DNA of 64,000 nucleotides from Dicyema japonicum (Eukaryota; Animalia; Dicyemida). Below are positions 26,011 to 39,015 of this stretch, piece after piece (within the stretch, counting starts at the first letter, position 1; every line of letters begins with the position of its first letter). Both the position numbers and the translations under genes were made by a program. A model generated the notes under the pieces. That model did not search any database. It was not told the origin of the DNA and saw only the letters and a list, made by a program, of their open reading frames with translations. Where the stretch lies: contig RDEW01000029.1 in the NCBI GenBank assembly GCA_011109175.1, forward strand, positions 774,052 to 838,051. Reading direction: 5' to 3'.

Positions 26011-26835
26011 GGGGGAAGAGCGGCTGTCGACATTAAGGAGTAAGCGTTTCCTCGGACAACTGAAATCCCAATTCGTTCCCTCAGCCAGACAGCTCTCTGC
26101 GTCTTTCTAACGATAAGCCAATTTCCTCCAGATTTCCTTCAGGAAAGAGGCTGTAAAACGAAAGCGATCTCCAATTTCATTATATTTTTTAATCTCGATT
26201 TTCTTAGCCAGATCAGCTGCCGATGCAGCAGATGGATAACTGAGCATCATCGACTTCTAGAAAAATCCATACAGGTGTATTCCCGTACTAGCGAGTTTCC
26301 CTCAGTCAACAGAAAGATTATTAGCCAATCAGGTTTTTCCCCCGTCTCCGCGGTCTAATCCCAGCACTACCTGGAAGCCTGCAGCTTCAAGAACACGCAT
26401 GACAATGTTGTTCATAGCAGCGTGGCTGGGTGCTCTTCCCCCACTCCGTTCGCACGTAAGCGGATGCAGCCCTTTGGTATCAACAATCGCTCCACAACGA
26501 CATTGGTGTTCGACGCATACATCAGCTCCCAGGGGCTGTGCAATATCCAATCCGTATACAGTTCTTGTAAAAATGGGTCCCCAAGGAGGAACACGGAAGT
26601 GCATCGATTGTGGAAGAGAACATCTTAGCCGACGAACATTCTTTTGTCTGGGACAGGGATAGGAAAGAGGGTTTATGTCTCTTTACAAAAGTGAAGGAAT
26701 CCAGTTCAAAGGAGGAACACGGAAGTGCATCGATTGTGGAAGAGAACATCTTAGCCGACGAACATTCTTTTGTCTGGGACAGGGATAGGAAAGAGGGTTT
26801 ATGTCTCTTTACAAAAGTGAAGGAATCCAGTTCAA
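26010..26835 (-). mobile_element. CRE-clade zinc-knuckle/RLE fragment
   Basis: HQCRCGAIVDTKGLHPLTC...HAAMN...GLDRGDGGK; GKLASTG/WD region. Contains a 126-bp tandem duplication. Confidence 0.75.
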
Positions 26836-27669
26836 CATATATAGCTGCTGTGGGTAGAAAATCATAAACTTTTACTGCTGTGAGTAGATTATCATAAACA
26901 TTTAATATTTCCATTAATGAAAATCTTTGCAGCACATTTAATATAAATCATATGAATGTTCCACCATTACTCCAATTGGAATTGATGGACCTTCAATCAT
27001 AATTTACCTCAGTTCTCAAGATTGAAAATTTGATGAATTTTATAGTTTACATCCCAAATAAAAATATCCGAATATAAACACGTTTCAATTTCAGTAAAAT
27101 AATTCACTAAAGAATAAATATCGAAATAAATTGACAGATAGTCACCTAAGTCAGTTGTTGCGATTTACGTTCGGCCACACATGGTCGAGGCTAATAAATT
27201 ACAAAATTTTCTATAGCAAAATCAACTTAAATATACCCAATAAGTTACCTCTAATATTAAAAATTCTATAGAACCCAAAAATTGAGAGATCCAAATTAAA
27301 AGATAAACCACCAAATGTCACAAAGCAATGGTAATCCTCGTGCTATAAAAATTTTGGTTACTTCTGTTTCAAGAATCTTGTCACCAACTTTTAAAATTTC
27401 TTAGTCGTTAGTCAACCTTCTTTTTTAAAACATGATTTTTTCATGGCAATGGAGGAAAGTGTTATTCTTCCTTGCAGTTGTAACTAACAAAATTCACAGA
27501 TTAAAATATATCCACCAAAAATAAAGTCAATAAACGAGTATCAGAAATTTTTTTATGCAGTTTTGGTTTGACGTCTTTAAAAAATTCATGTTTTTTTCTT
27601 AGTATAAATGCTCTCTTCAATACTTTACTTTTGAAAGCCATCTCACATGTGAATGCAACAAAAGAAAAA

Positions 27670-27998
27670 AAAGTAACCACTTCCACGTTGCCGTAAGCAC
27701 GTAAAATTCCTAGGGTTTCGCTCATGCCGAACACACACTTTATTTAGTAAAGATCAGTTATTATAACTGATGGTAGAAGGAGAAGAAAGGAATGCTCTTC
27801 ACTTTTTGTTTTCTTTTTATTGTAAGTCCCTTTAGACTATCCATTTTTGCAGTGAATCTCCACTGATGATGGCGTCACTCGTCAAGTTCTTTATTGCATC
27901 GTAGATGCGTGGAACCTTGCACTAGGTGAACAGCAGCGAGAATCGAACCCGTGACCTAAGCCACATAGCCTGATACCTAACCACTGTGCCACTCGACT
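27670..27998 (-). mobile_element. tRNA-derived SINE (head A) with the gagcgaaaccctagg tail
   Basis: Reverse complement aligns to 13435-13690, but its tail matches 36070-36123. Confidence 0.8.
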
Positions 27999-28019
27999 AA
28001 TACAACAAAAGAGTCTTAA

Positions 28020-28320
28020 ATTCATTTTCTTTGCATAACTCAGCAAATAGACGAGAATTGAGTGCTTTGATTTTAATATAGTTCATCGTCTTAATTATGA
28101 CATTCATTACATTTTCAAATCGTCAGGCATGGTTTTCATCATTAATGCATGACGGTAGATAATGCAATATATATCAATAGCATTTGAGGAAAGTTTGAAA
28201 TCCGGCCATTGATGCCATGCACTTCAAAAAATCTTCAAGTTTTTTCCAATATATCCCTGGCGGTTGTATTAGTGCTGAGAGTTTCACAACACAAGGATTC
28301 ATTTTTTAGACGATACACTT
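28020..28320 (-). mobile_element. Buster/Charlie hAT transposase remnant
   Basis: ETLSTNTTARDIL ... NVIIKTMNYIKIKALNSRLFAELCKE. Confidence 0.65.
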
Positions 28321-28324
28321 TTGT

Positions 28325-28482
28325 AATTAAGACTGAGCACTTCCAGTTCCTCGTTCTGACCACGTATCTCCCACGTATGGTAAAAAGCCATGGGACAACT
28401 GGGGATATGGATACCTCCCAAAAAAGAACGAATGTTGGTCCTCATGGTGATATCGAGAGACTACCTTTCGTGACCATCTCGA
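28325..28482 (-). mobile_element. CRE-clade fragment
   Basis: Reverse complement closely matches 20540-20695. Confidence 0.75.
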
Positions 28483-28483
28483 N

Positions 28484-29062
28484 TTTGTGCAGAATATCGC
28501 CTTAAATCGACAAGATCTACGATGTATCGGTCCATAAGCAATGATAGGCGTAATTACAGGTTTAGTCGCAAGCATTCGTTTAGACTAACTTGTTAAAATT
28601 AATAATTAACCTGACAATAAACGCATTTAGATACCACAGTAGCAACTTCACAACGGCAAATATCAAACTTCAATGTATTTTAGCTTTAATTCAGCTTCCT
28701 CAATACAAAAGAATCGCAACTCCCGACCATTTTTAGTAATGTAGGCTGCGGATTCCATGAAACTAAAACTTTCGGCGTATCGTTTGATTTTTGCCCTTTC
28801 CCTCCAGTCAATGAATTCATCGAGTAGTCCGGATTCAGTGAAAATCTTAATTTTTTCAATTGTTTCACGTGTTAATTCCACTAGAACCATATTTTATAAT
28901 TAATAATTAAAATAAAACTATATAATAAGTTTTCTGAAAAAATATTATTTTTGCATTTTAAGCATTGACCTCGCAGCCCGGAAAGAAAGTCAAGAAAGAA
29001 GTTGGTATGCGGAAAGAAAGTCAAGCGGACAAAAAGTCAAGTGGAAAAAAGGTCAAGGAAGC
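28484..29062 (-). mobile_element. Ginger/KRBA2-like integrase, 5' part, with subterminal repeats
   Basis: ORF from 28890; KCVYCQ, a 26-nt intron, then SKRMLATKPVITPII...RYIVDLVDLR; repeated ggaaagaaagtcaag at 28980-29060. Confidence 0.6.
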
Positions 29063-29300
29063 ACGCAATTCTCCCGGTCTGATTTGGGGGAATCGGTTTA
29101 CGCTCACCTGCGGATGTCGCTTTACTCACGTATTTGTTTTTCCGAAATATGTGTGCTTCCCTTGTTGACGTCGTTCTTCCCCTCTCTTTCGAACGGTGCT
29201 ACGTTCTTCCCTTTCCTAAAGGGTAAATGTCTAGCATGGGACTGTGCATAAACCTACACTTTTTCCCAGTCCAATCTCGTTAACTTGGCTGGGGCTGCGT
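29063..29300 (+). mobile_element. CRE-clade RLE remnant
   Basis: NGATFFPFLKGKCLAWD...TFSQSNL. Confidence 0.55.
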
Positions 29301-30532
29301 GACCTCATCCCTTCTTCTCTTTTCTTAATTATTTGATTAATAATTATAATAGTTAATATTTCTACGCAAATTCTTCTTTACTGTCACAAGTAATCGAATA
29401 TAGCTTCACGTTAGTCAATTTAGTCTGGTCTTGTCGTAAAATGGATGTGTGAGGGTAGGATTTTGGGAGCTAATGGATTCCAAGTCTCCTTTACCGCTAT
29501 TTTAGATAAAGGTTTTTTAGTTTTTAATAATTTTTTAATAAATTCTATATTAAAAGATATATGATTTTTAGCGCTAAAATTTGAGCAGCTTTCGAACATT
29601 ACCATTTTTTGATTTAAAATTCTTTATCAAATTAAAAAATCTTTAAAAATTAGTGTATTATCGACTAAATTTTCATTAATTTTTTGAAATGCGTCGTCAG
29701 ATGTTAGGTTGTGCAACACAGGGTATTACATCTCGCAAATTATTTGAGGGGACATAATAAGGTCTTTCGATATTTCTTTGACTTTTGTTTCGAATTTACC
29801 ATCATAAACCAAAAATATAATCAGTCAATCTGCGACTGATCTAGTCGATGATGAATTTGCTCAAAAAAAAAAAATTGGTTATCACATGTTCTTGTTGTAA
29901 CCAATGATAGACGAAAAGTTCTAAGAGAAATTAAATTCTCAATTTATTAACAAAACCAAATTGAAGTAGTTAATTTAGAACTATTAGCAAAGTTATCTCG
30001 CTCGTACCACCCTTTCCTGGATGCGTTTGTTAATCGCTTCCAGTTCTCTCTGTTTTGCGATAGTCCCCTCAGGAGTTCAAATTCAGAAATGAATAATTTA
30101 AATTATATTATAAAAAAATATTAATTTTATTATAGTTAATTTTATCTGGAAAACCAAAAGTAATAAGATAACCACGTTGCAACTCGTGGTTAGTTTTCTT
30201 GTTGTGCATTGTTTTATTTATTTTTCAAATTTTATTCTATTATATTAATGGTTTGTATTTGTATTAAAATTGATTAAATATATTGTTGAATTACAGAATT
30301 TCGTATAATATTCGATATTCTGTAATCGAATTCGTGTTATTTTGACAATAATTTAATCTTTTTTCATCTCAACCATTAATCTTTTTCACTAATACTTTTT
30401 GGATTTTATACACGAACATTTTTTTTTACCTATTTTCATGTTTATTAAAATTGGTTTGTACGAGACGTGGAATGGGTCTTTCTTTTTCTATTTTAATTAA
30501 TCCCTTTTATTTTAAAACTCTGAGAAATTTAA

Positions 30533-30855
30533 CTAAGAGGTCATGATGGCGTGAGCGTTCCCTCTGATCACTGCCATTTCAAGCCTCTGTCTCAGCCAAA
30601 GCCCTTCGCGGGGTTCATTACTTTTCTTCGCAATTTTTTGTCCAATATTTGCAAGAAAAGTGTTAGTCATTGTTCCCATGACCCCCGAAGTCTCAATGGC
30701 GATCGGTACAAAAAAATAGTTCTTTATAAGGGATTCGTATTTCCTCATCTTTGCAATCTCGGCCTTGTCTGCAGCGTCTCCCGGCGAGTGTGCCGACGTC
30801 AGCACCCGCGTTCCAGAAAAGGTGTCCACGCATGTGGCGTCCCAAACGAGTTGGA
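30533..30855 (-). mobile_element. CRE-clade RLE C-terminus
   Basis: LVWDATCVDTF, AEIAKMRKY, FVPIAIETSG, QRLEMAVIRGNA. Confidence 0.85.
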
Positions 30856-31022
30856 GAAAAGTATGAACCGCTGCATACTCAAGGCAGTTATGAGCGATTT
30901 TCACGGCAGCTTTAAGAGATCTCTGTCTATTCAATATTCAGATTATTAATTTCTAAAATATATACCTTGCTATATAATTGGAAACATGCTGTTCTCCAGA
31001 TCCGATGGCAAAGACATCGTGA

Positions 31023-31240
31023 GTGACCGCGTGTGTTCTACTGCGGGACACAACGAATGTCTTTGCCATCTCCGAAATAACCTCCACGACAATTATTCTC
31101 TTAATGTTTTAAAATATTCAATACGCAGTTTTTGTTCCTCGTGTGTTCTTGGGCGACCGAATTGTTAGTTGGGTTCATTCCTATCAATAGTGAACATCTA
31201 ATACCTCAATGAGTCCCGTATTGGAATTTGGGAGTAATTA
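31023..31240 (+). repeat. Dispersed SINE-like repeat, family D, copy 1
   Basis: Diverged match to the reverse complement of 33592-33796 (gtgaccgcg...gggacacaa.gaatgtct...gagtcccgtattgga). Confidence 0.65.
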
Positions 31241-31636
31241 TAATTAATAAGCATCAAATAGTTATAATTTATTTTCAAATATAAAATTTAACAAATTTAT
31301 TTCATTTTAACAAAAAAGTCATCAATCTTGGTTTTTTTATTTGCTTTTCTCATCCTGCTTCCTATCACATCAAGACAGTTTAGGGCGTTTTCGTCAATTT
31401 CAGACCAATAACGGATCTTTATAGACCAATAACGGATCATGTCCAGCTTCAATTTTTTGAATGATACTGTTTAGTTGAATATTCGTAAATTGAGATTTGA
31501 ATGAATGAATTATTGGTCGTCAAATTTCACATTGGTGATGCGTCTTTATAGACTAATAACGGATCGTGTCCAGCTCCAATTTGTTGAATGATGCTGTTTA
31601 GTTTAATATTCGTAAATTGAGATTTTAATGAATGAA

Positions 31637-33310
31637 TTATTGGTCGTCAAATTTCACATTGGTGATGCGTTCAATGGTGGTCCGGAAGAGACAATCCATA
31701 TCGTCGAGCTGTTGCATTTTCAGGTAGCAGGGTGCCCCCCGAAGAACGTAGTTCAGCTTCTGTGCTGACAAGGCGTTTCTTAGCAGGAAAAAGGAGGTAT
31801 GTGCGTCCAGCATCTCCAGACGTCTGAATGTTGTTTTTAGTTGATGTTCTGTTATTAGAGAGTTATTGATTCCAGCATCAGTAAGAGGGCATCCAAGTAT
31901 TTCTAGTTGTTCTGATTTGGTTTCTGTAGCTTTAAGAATGACCACTCTGAACATATCAAGAATCAAGTCCCATTCAGGCTGCGGAAATCCAAAATTGATA
32001 ACTTCACACTTATTGGTGTTTTGGGTTAGGCATAGGGATTCCAATTCNGATGGGTAGTATGTGAAGCATTCCTCAAGAATTGTGTCACGTCGTATCGAGT
32101 TGAAGGCATTTTTAATGTCAATTTTGACGATTACAAAAGGAATGTTCTCGTTCTTTTCGGTGAATGTTCGGACAGCGTGAACTGCCGCTTCACAGCCCCC
32201 AGGTGTGCCGACCCCTACTTGGGCCGGTAGTAAATGTGTTGTCAACGTAGGCAGGATTGCTCTGCCTACAAGCTTCGAGGCCAACCGACGAAAGACCAGG
32301 CCAATAGTAATAGGGAGTATTCTCCCTCCCTTCTTGTCGAATGCGATTAATTTGGCGGAAAACATTACGTGTCGAATTGTTTCTGGCAGTATCCCTGATA
32401 GCATCCTGTTCATTAGTCTGGTGATAGCCAGCACGAGCCGGACACCAGAGTTGCCCGTGTTATGAGCGGTAAGATCTTTGAGGTGACCCCGACGGAGCCC
32501 ATCTAGTCCACCACTGCTGCTCGTGACGACAGAAATGATCCCATCTTTTATGTCCTCTTCAGAGACAAGTAAATTGGGTGAATGTCCTGGGCAAGGAGGG
32601 ATCCGGTGGTCGTCCAGGAGACTTGGGTGGCGCTCAACAAGTGATGCGTAGGACTGTTCAGACAACTCAATTATACGGTTTTGATCTGAAAGGATCCTCA
32701 CTGCAGCACGGATTCCACCTTCCGAAAGTTTTCGATGGATCGCACTTCTTAATCTCTGAGTGTCCGAGATAGCCGATGTTGGTTTCTCATGGTTTTGGGA
32801 TTTGTAGGTGGGCTTTTCTGAGTCTGTTAATAGGTTCCTTGAGAAGAATGTGTGGACATTCTCCTTTACTAATGACGTAAGTGATTTCTCTTCTTTCACC
32901 CTCTTATGGGGTGTGCATAGTGTGAATGGAGCGAAACAAAATAGTCGTAACCAATCCTCAGAGTCGTCCGAAAAAACTTCCCTTTCGATACACTCACACA
33001 GACAGTCCGCGACAGAAATACGGGCAGCTTTGGGGATCCTGATCAGGAGTCTTCGTGTATGTGTCAGGTTTGAGATCATTTCAAGTATTTCCTGATGGTC
33101 AAGTGGGGCATGTTTAGAAGGGTAGCGTAGGGAAGAGTTTGTCGTATTATCTAAAAGGAGACATGCCCGACAGTGCCAATCGGAAATGACCGCCAGGGCT
33201 CTTTTAGTCATTCTGGCACAGGACATGTGGAAGCCACCCGAGCAGGCCGTGCAATGGATCATCCTCTTTCTTTTGTTCATCGTGTTGCATTTTTTGCAGT
33301 TGTAAATAAA
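31637..33310 (-). mobile_element. CRE-clade element with PHD finger; RT core missing at the N join 32048
   Basis: CKKC...IHCTAC...FHMSC...WHCRAC; IRIPKAAR; GGLDGLR; GCEAAVH; KIDIKNAFNS. Confidence 0.9.
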
Positions 33311-33591
33311 CCCGAAAGCGGAATTTAAATTTGTAAATTAAGTTGCCGATTATTGATATGTTTTTCATAGTAAGCTCTTTCTTTATTTTCAGATATTTGG
33401 AAGTTGAATCTTTCATGATTATAATTTGTGAAAAAAGACGATATGAATCTATTTAATTGATAACAAAACTTGTCTTTGTGTAAATCAGCCTGGAGTAAAC
33501 ACAAGAATGTCATGTTTCCACATGCGGACTTGAATCCATAGCGACAGAATTTGCAGTCGCCTCAATTTTTTTATTCTTCTTGGACAAATCA

Positions 33592-33796
33592 CTATTACTC
33601 CAATACGGGACTCAGTGAGGTATTAGATGATCACTATTGATAGGAATAAAGCCTGCTCAACTTTCAATACCGTCGTCAGAAAATACACAAATTACAACAA
33701 TTGCATCTAACACGTTAAGAGAATCATTGTCGTGGAAGTTATCTCGGAGATGGTAGAGACATTCCTTGTGTCCCAGCGTATACAGAGCGCGGTCAC
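33592..33796 (-). repeat. Dispersed SINE-like repeat, family D, copy 2
   Basis: Inverted homolog of 31023-31240. Confidence 0.65.
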
Positions 33797-33914
33797 AAAA
33801 ATGCCTGAAGAATCCTTCTACTAGGGGGCGCACGAGAGAAGACAGCCAATCAGAGTTAAATGAGCGAAAGAAACCTGTTCAGTAACACGCGAGCGAATGG
33901 ATGTAGAATTACAT

Positions 33915-34093
33915 ACATAAGGGCACTTCCGCGTCTGCCATAAGCTAAGTGCCTAAGGTTTCGCTCGTGCCAACCACATAATTTTTTAAGAGCAAGAGAG
34001 AGAACAAGGAGTGGATCTCAGGATGGAATGTCGAGCTTCTCAGCCTTCAGCCGCACTACAATAAAAAGAAAATATAACACAAGAGAATAACTA
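33915..34093. mobile_element. Rearranged SINE (head-B family): tail on minus, body piece on plus
   Basis: 33915-34010 is the reverse complement of ~36025-36125; 34011-34093 matches ~35900-35985. Confidence 0.7.
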
Positions 34094-34109
34094 ATGGATA
34101 TAGAATTAA

Positions 34110-34400
34110 TAAAAACAAAAAATAGCTTGAACCAGGGGCCAGAAGCGCTGGAAGACAGCGCCTGGTCGATAAAGACTGAGAGGGATTTAGCCACAGTGAG
34201 CCTGGCCGATTTTAGAATCCTGGCCGGAATGATGGATTCGCTTCGGAAAGCTGATATGAGTTTAAGAAATGCCAAAGGGGTGGGATGGCGCTCGGGAATT
34301 GAGAGTGAGGTAACTCGGGTAAATTAGGAACAAAGCAGCTCGGACACTTCCAGCATTAAATCATGGCCGAGCTGGCCCTAGAGAGCCCGGCGCAGGATAA
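34110..34400 (-). mobile_element. CRE-clade N-terminal remnant
   Basis: IPARILKSARLTVA...IDQAL...WFKLF, homologous to IPVKIPKSAR at ~16030. Confidence 0.7.
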
Positions 34401-34417
34401 ATAAAAGTACAGGGGGC

Positions 34418-34515
34418 ATGAGGAGCAGCTGAGTGGTCTAGTATTTGTTACTAGTCCCCCTTGTCCTGGGTTCGAGTACCAGGGGCTGCCCGTGCCGGAA
34501 CTCCGCTTGGGAAAT
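34418..34515 (+). mobile_element. SINE head-B fragment
   Basis: agctgagtggt ... gggttcgagtaccaggggctgcccgtgccggaactccg. Confidence 0.55.
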
Positions 34516-35750
34516 GGATTTTTGGCAGGAAAAACAAGTTGTCATGTGAGAGAAAACTTAGTAGTTAAAAAAAATGATAATAAATTTATGTCACAGTCCG
34601 AATAAAATACACGCCGAATAATTACATTCTTTAATTTTACTGAATTTACAAATTTACACAACAAAATGTTTAATTGTTATTAAAAATATGATTTCTAATT
34701 TAAAATTCATTAATTTTTAATAAAAAATTATTTTTATTCTACGCACTTAAGCTTTAATTCGAGTTCATGTATCGTTCATGCCGCTCGATTGACGATGCAT
34801 CAAAGTTAGGGTCCTTCATTTCTTTGATTTTTTCTAGTGTTTCCTTATATAGTCTCACTACAAGCATGTTTTCACGCTTTTTTAAGTAAAAAATAATAAT
34901 GTGATTCTAGAAAATAAATAATCAATTATTTATTCTGTCAGACTAATTTTTTTAATTTCTATTTTTTTCGTCCATTTGTTTTTATTCGGACTGGGACAAT
35001 TTATAATATAATAAAAATTAATTCAGACACATTTCTCAGTTGTGCGAAAGTTTTATTTATTGAATGAACTTATGGATTGATTGAAATTCGATTGTCATTC
35101 GAATTTATTAACTAATTTGATTAATTTATAAGTTCATTAAATTCACAAAATCGAATACCGTATCACAAATCGATAAACCAAAAATTAATAAATCCAAAAA
35201 TCAAAAATAACTATGGAATTAAATTACGAGGTTAGGAAGAAAAATTTTTTTTCCTCCCCTTGTATTTGACTCCACTTTTCGATATTGTCCACGCTAAATT
35301 TTTTAATATCATGTTACTTACAGAAAGAGAATCCTTCTGTACCCGAACTTTTAGCTGCAGCAATCTCTAGGCATTCGTGCCCTAGATTGACTGCAGCTCG
35401 GAAGGAGCGTTTATTATTTTTAGGGTATCTAGAAAATAAAATAACTAATGTATACGTTTTTGCATGTCTTATCACATTTTGATGAAATCATGTCGATTTT
35501 CACCCACAACTGATGTTACCACCACCTCACCAACTATTTCTAGCACAATTGCTTCCTAAAACTTAAATATATAATCATACACAAGGAGAAGAAAATTTAT
35601 TCGAGTCTGATTTCAGAACCGAACAAATGGAGGATGTCGTTGGCCTGGATTCGCCCCTAAGAGTTTTTTAACTTACAATACCTTAATTTATTGCGAATGT
35701 GATTGCTAAAAGGGACACACCCTGCGAATCCAGCCAACAGGCCATCTCCA

Positions 35751-36125
35751 GGCCAGGTAGCCGAACGGTTGAGCACCCCTAACCGGAAATCTCATGGTTC
35801 CGGGTTCGATTCCCAGAGGCTGCCTGTGCTGGAAGCTCCGATCGGGTTTGACGAGTAACGCCGTCATGGACATCTTATCATACACGGACTCCGCGTGGAA
35901 TGGATCTCCGGATGAGATGTTGAGCTTCCTAACGTTTTAATCAGCCGCACTACAATAAAAAGAAAAACTTAAGACAAGAGAAATTAAAGGACCTCCTTAT
36001 TCGGATTTAATTAGAATACTTAACTCTCTTGTTCTCCTTTCTCTTGCTCTTAAAAAATAATTGTGTGGCTTGCACGAGCGAAACCCTAGGCACTTAGGTG
36101 CTTATGGCAACGCGGTAGTGCCGTT
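35751..36125 (+). mobile_element. tRNA-derived SINE (head B), full length
   Basis: A-box-like tagccgaacgg, B box ggttcgattcc, shared core gtttgacgagtaacgccgtcat, and a 3' stem-loop tail. Confidence 0.8.
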
Positions 36126-36984
36126 TACATTTTTTTACAAACAATCTCCAATTTGTTTAATTTTGGAGACCTCGTCAAAGTCTATAAAATTAATTTAGAA
36201 ATGAATACATTTTACGACTTTCTTGTTAATTCTTTTCGTTCTCCGGGAGTCGGCTACTAGCACGAATCCCCTCCTCGAACGAATGCAGACAATCGTTGTT
36301 CCTGATACGTTCATCTTATTACAATGAAAATTGAAACTATTTTCGCTCTTTTTAAAAGTTTATTTGATTTTTTCAAAAAATTGTGATCATTTTCGACAAA
36401 AATGATATAGAATTTGGCATTGTATTGGAAGATAAGCTTTTTGCTGGAAATGCTGGCAGACTTTTTAGCACATGGAGACATTTCATTGGATTGCAGAATT
36501 GTTACGTTCATGCTTATTACACACATAAATCTTTAATTGATAGCATACCTTTCGGGGCATTCTACGGAGTTTCAGAAAATAATCAAGTCTAGAAATGCAT
36601 AAGGAAACCTCAGAAGAGGCAAAAAAAATAAAGAACCAGTAAATCCCTACACACGGAAATCTTTAGTAAAAGGCGAAAGATTTATACGCTTTGCATAGGA
36701 ATCAGGGTACTCGTGATATTTCTATGTTTCCAATATAATGACTTTTTAAAGTAAAATTATAATATCTTAAAAATTGCTTTAATATCTTGTAGGCAACATT
36801 TTATAATTACATAATTTTCAGTGACATATTCTTTCTATTATATTAATATTAATAAAGTATTTATATTTAAATAATAATTTAAAGTAATTATATTTAAATA
36901 GTACCTATAAATACGCCCGACACAAGACAACCTGGGTAGGTTGTAGAAAAAACGAACAAGGAGAGGAACTAAAAATATATAATC

Positions 36985-37413
36985 AAATAGATTATATTTT
37001 GTGCAAGCAGTCCCAGAAGAGATTATTAGTCGACTCCCGTTCGTTCGGAGGAGCCCTGACAAACAGCGATCATAAGATCGTAGTCAGCAGATTAAATCTG
37101 AGAAGGCTTTACGGAATTTTGCATGCAACTCACGCACATGCTAGTAAAACGCAAAGGATTGGGGGTGAGGAACTAATAAATAACCCTGCACTCATCACGA
37201 AATACCAGCAGCGATTGGATTATTATCTTTCCAACATTCCCATGGATGGCTTACCCCACATAGTGTGGAAAAGAACTTCAGAAGCTATAATAACGGCTGC
37301 CAAAGAAACTGTCGGGATTCACGATACTACACTGAAGGGAAGGTATAAAGGACCATACAACTCAACCGTCAATGAATTGTCTACACGTCAACGAGATTTA
37401 AGACTCCAAATGG
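36985..37413 (+). mobile_element. RTE-like LINE, APE C-terminus and linker
   Basis: IDYILCKQ...DSRSFGG...SDHKIVV...AAKETVG. Confidence 0.7.
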
Positions 37414-37605
37414 NATGTGGATATTTTGGGGCAAGAAGCTTTGTCCAATAACATTAAGATTTTTCTTTTCTGACTAATCATTTTTTCATTAATTTTTTGT
37501 TAAGCCAGGATTTAAAAAATGTCTCGTCATCCACGAATTTTTAGAAGAAGAGTATAAACCCAGTCACCTTTCTTCAAGAAAACTTTGGAAAGTATCTCAT
37601 TTGAT

Positions 37606-37973
37606 GGTTAAATTAAGCGACGATTGAGTGTTTGTAACTAAATCTCTTGGTTCCGGGTTCGATTCCCAGAGGCTGCCTGTGCTGGAAGCTCCGATCGGGT
37701 TTTACGAGTGACGCCGTCATGGACATCTCATCATACACGGACTCCGCATGGAACGGATCTCCGGATGGGATGTTGAGCTTCCTAGTCTTCTTCAGCTACA
37801 CGCAAACAAAAGAACAGTTAAAAAGACAAGAGAAAACTCTCCCACCTCGGATTAATTAGAATTAATAGTTACTTGTTCTCTTTTGCTCTTGTTCTTGTGT
37901 GGCTGGCACAAGTGGAGGCTCAGGTACATGCGTGCCTCTGTCTTCGCGGACGTGCCGCTATTATTATTATTAA
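37606..37973 (+). mobile_element. tRNA-derived SINE (head B) with a third tail variant
   Basis: Body closely matches 35795-36030; tail ggcacaagtgga...ttcgcggacgtgcc followed by (tta)n. Confidence 0.8.
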
Positions 37974-38093
37974 GCGATGATTGTTGGAATGCACGTATTC
38001 GGATGTTTTCAGAACCATGGAAGAGGATCGAAATGTGAGCTCTATTTTTTTGAATACTACTAAGTAAATTTTGTCATTTGTGTAACTTATTTA

Positions 38094-38390
38094 CAGTCAA
38101 ACCCCTTCAAACCGATTTTTCTTGGGACCTACAGAATTGTCCGGTATAGAGGGGAGGCCGGTATTTTGAACAAGTCATTAAATTTACTTATAACGAAAAA
38201 GTGAAACAGTAAAATTAATTAAAATCTGTCAATAAGGATTGCCTCGTATTTTGCTTCGATTCAGCAATCGCTTTACTGTTCAGATAGATCAGTCTGTTGA
38301 CGGGAAGTAGTAATGCAGGGTTTTTATTGCAAGCAAAGTGGCAGATTTGGTCTAGCATTTGTTAATTTCTTTATATGTTTTGGCTCTGTT
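38094..38390 (-). mobile_element. Tigger-type element right end
   Basis: TA followed by cagtcaaacccc...; matches the reverse complement of ~55050-55325. Confidence 0.7.
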
Positions 38391-38399
38391 TGCTTATTT

Positions 38400-38661
38400 A
38401 TTTTATTTTTATTCACCAAGACCACAGTAAGACCGAACTAATTAATGTGTGATCCCGATGCAAATCGCACGGCGGAGATCCTCCGGGAAGGTTCGATCCT
38501 GTGCAAAGTGCATCGTCCTGAGGCGACGATGTCCCAGGGGGAGAGATTCTATTGGTCCTTTTTCGGTGGGCCTTAGGTTCCACCTGAGCGTTTCCAAATC
38601 CAATTGAAGATTCCAAGTGAATTGGTGGACCACGTAACGCCACGCTAAGATCCGATAGGAA
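38400..38661 (-). mobile_element. Probable LINE 3' end
   Basis: ORF ends ...GITH* with gggatcac...ttaattag as at 12750-12767; A-rich tail. Confidence 0.45.
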
Positions 38662-38662
38662 N

Positions 38663-39015
38663 AACTGGCCCAGCATTTCTTCCATCCGAGTCTAATCGAA
38701 CCGAGATTCGAATAAAAGTATTTTGAGTTGTTCATTTACGAGGTCATTGGAAATAATCACGTGTGGGTCCCAACTCACACATATAAGGTTGTTTTGTGCC
38801 AGTCTCAAAATGATACTTATTTGGGGGCCTTTATGATTCGAAATGCGTGCTGTGGGTACCCAGAAGATTTTTTGTACAACATGGTATTTTTTGAAACTTT
38901 GAGTATAAATTAGGTCAGTATTGATGAATTGGAACAAGATCTTGGATTTGATTTTTTCCCGGAACTTGATAGAACAAATGTCAAGGATTTACGTGAATAT
39001 CTGAAAAAAGATTAG
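38663..39015 (+). CDS. Endonuclease G/EXOG-family nuclease, C-terminal part
   Basis: TGPAFLP...YEVIGNNHVWVPTHTYKVVL...LGAFMIRN, a 30-nt intron (38884-38913), then VSIDELEQDLGFDFFPEL. Confidence 0.8.

Noticed and set aside
31637-33280. Intact 547-aa RT lacking YxDD
   Set aside because: The ORF crosses N 32048, where the RT core is simply missing.
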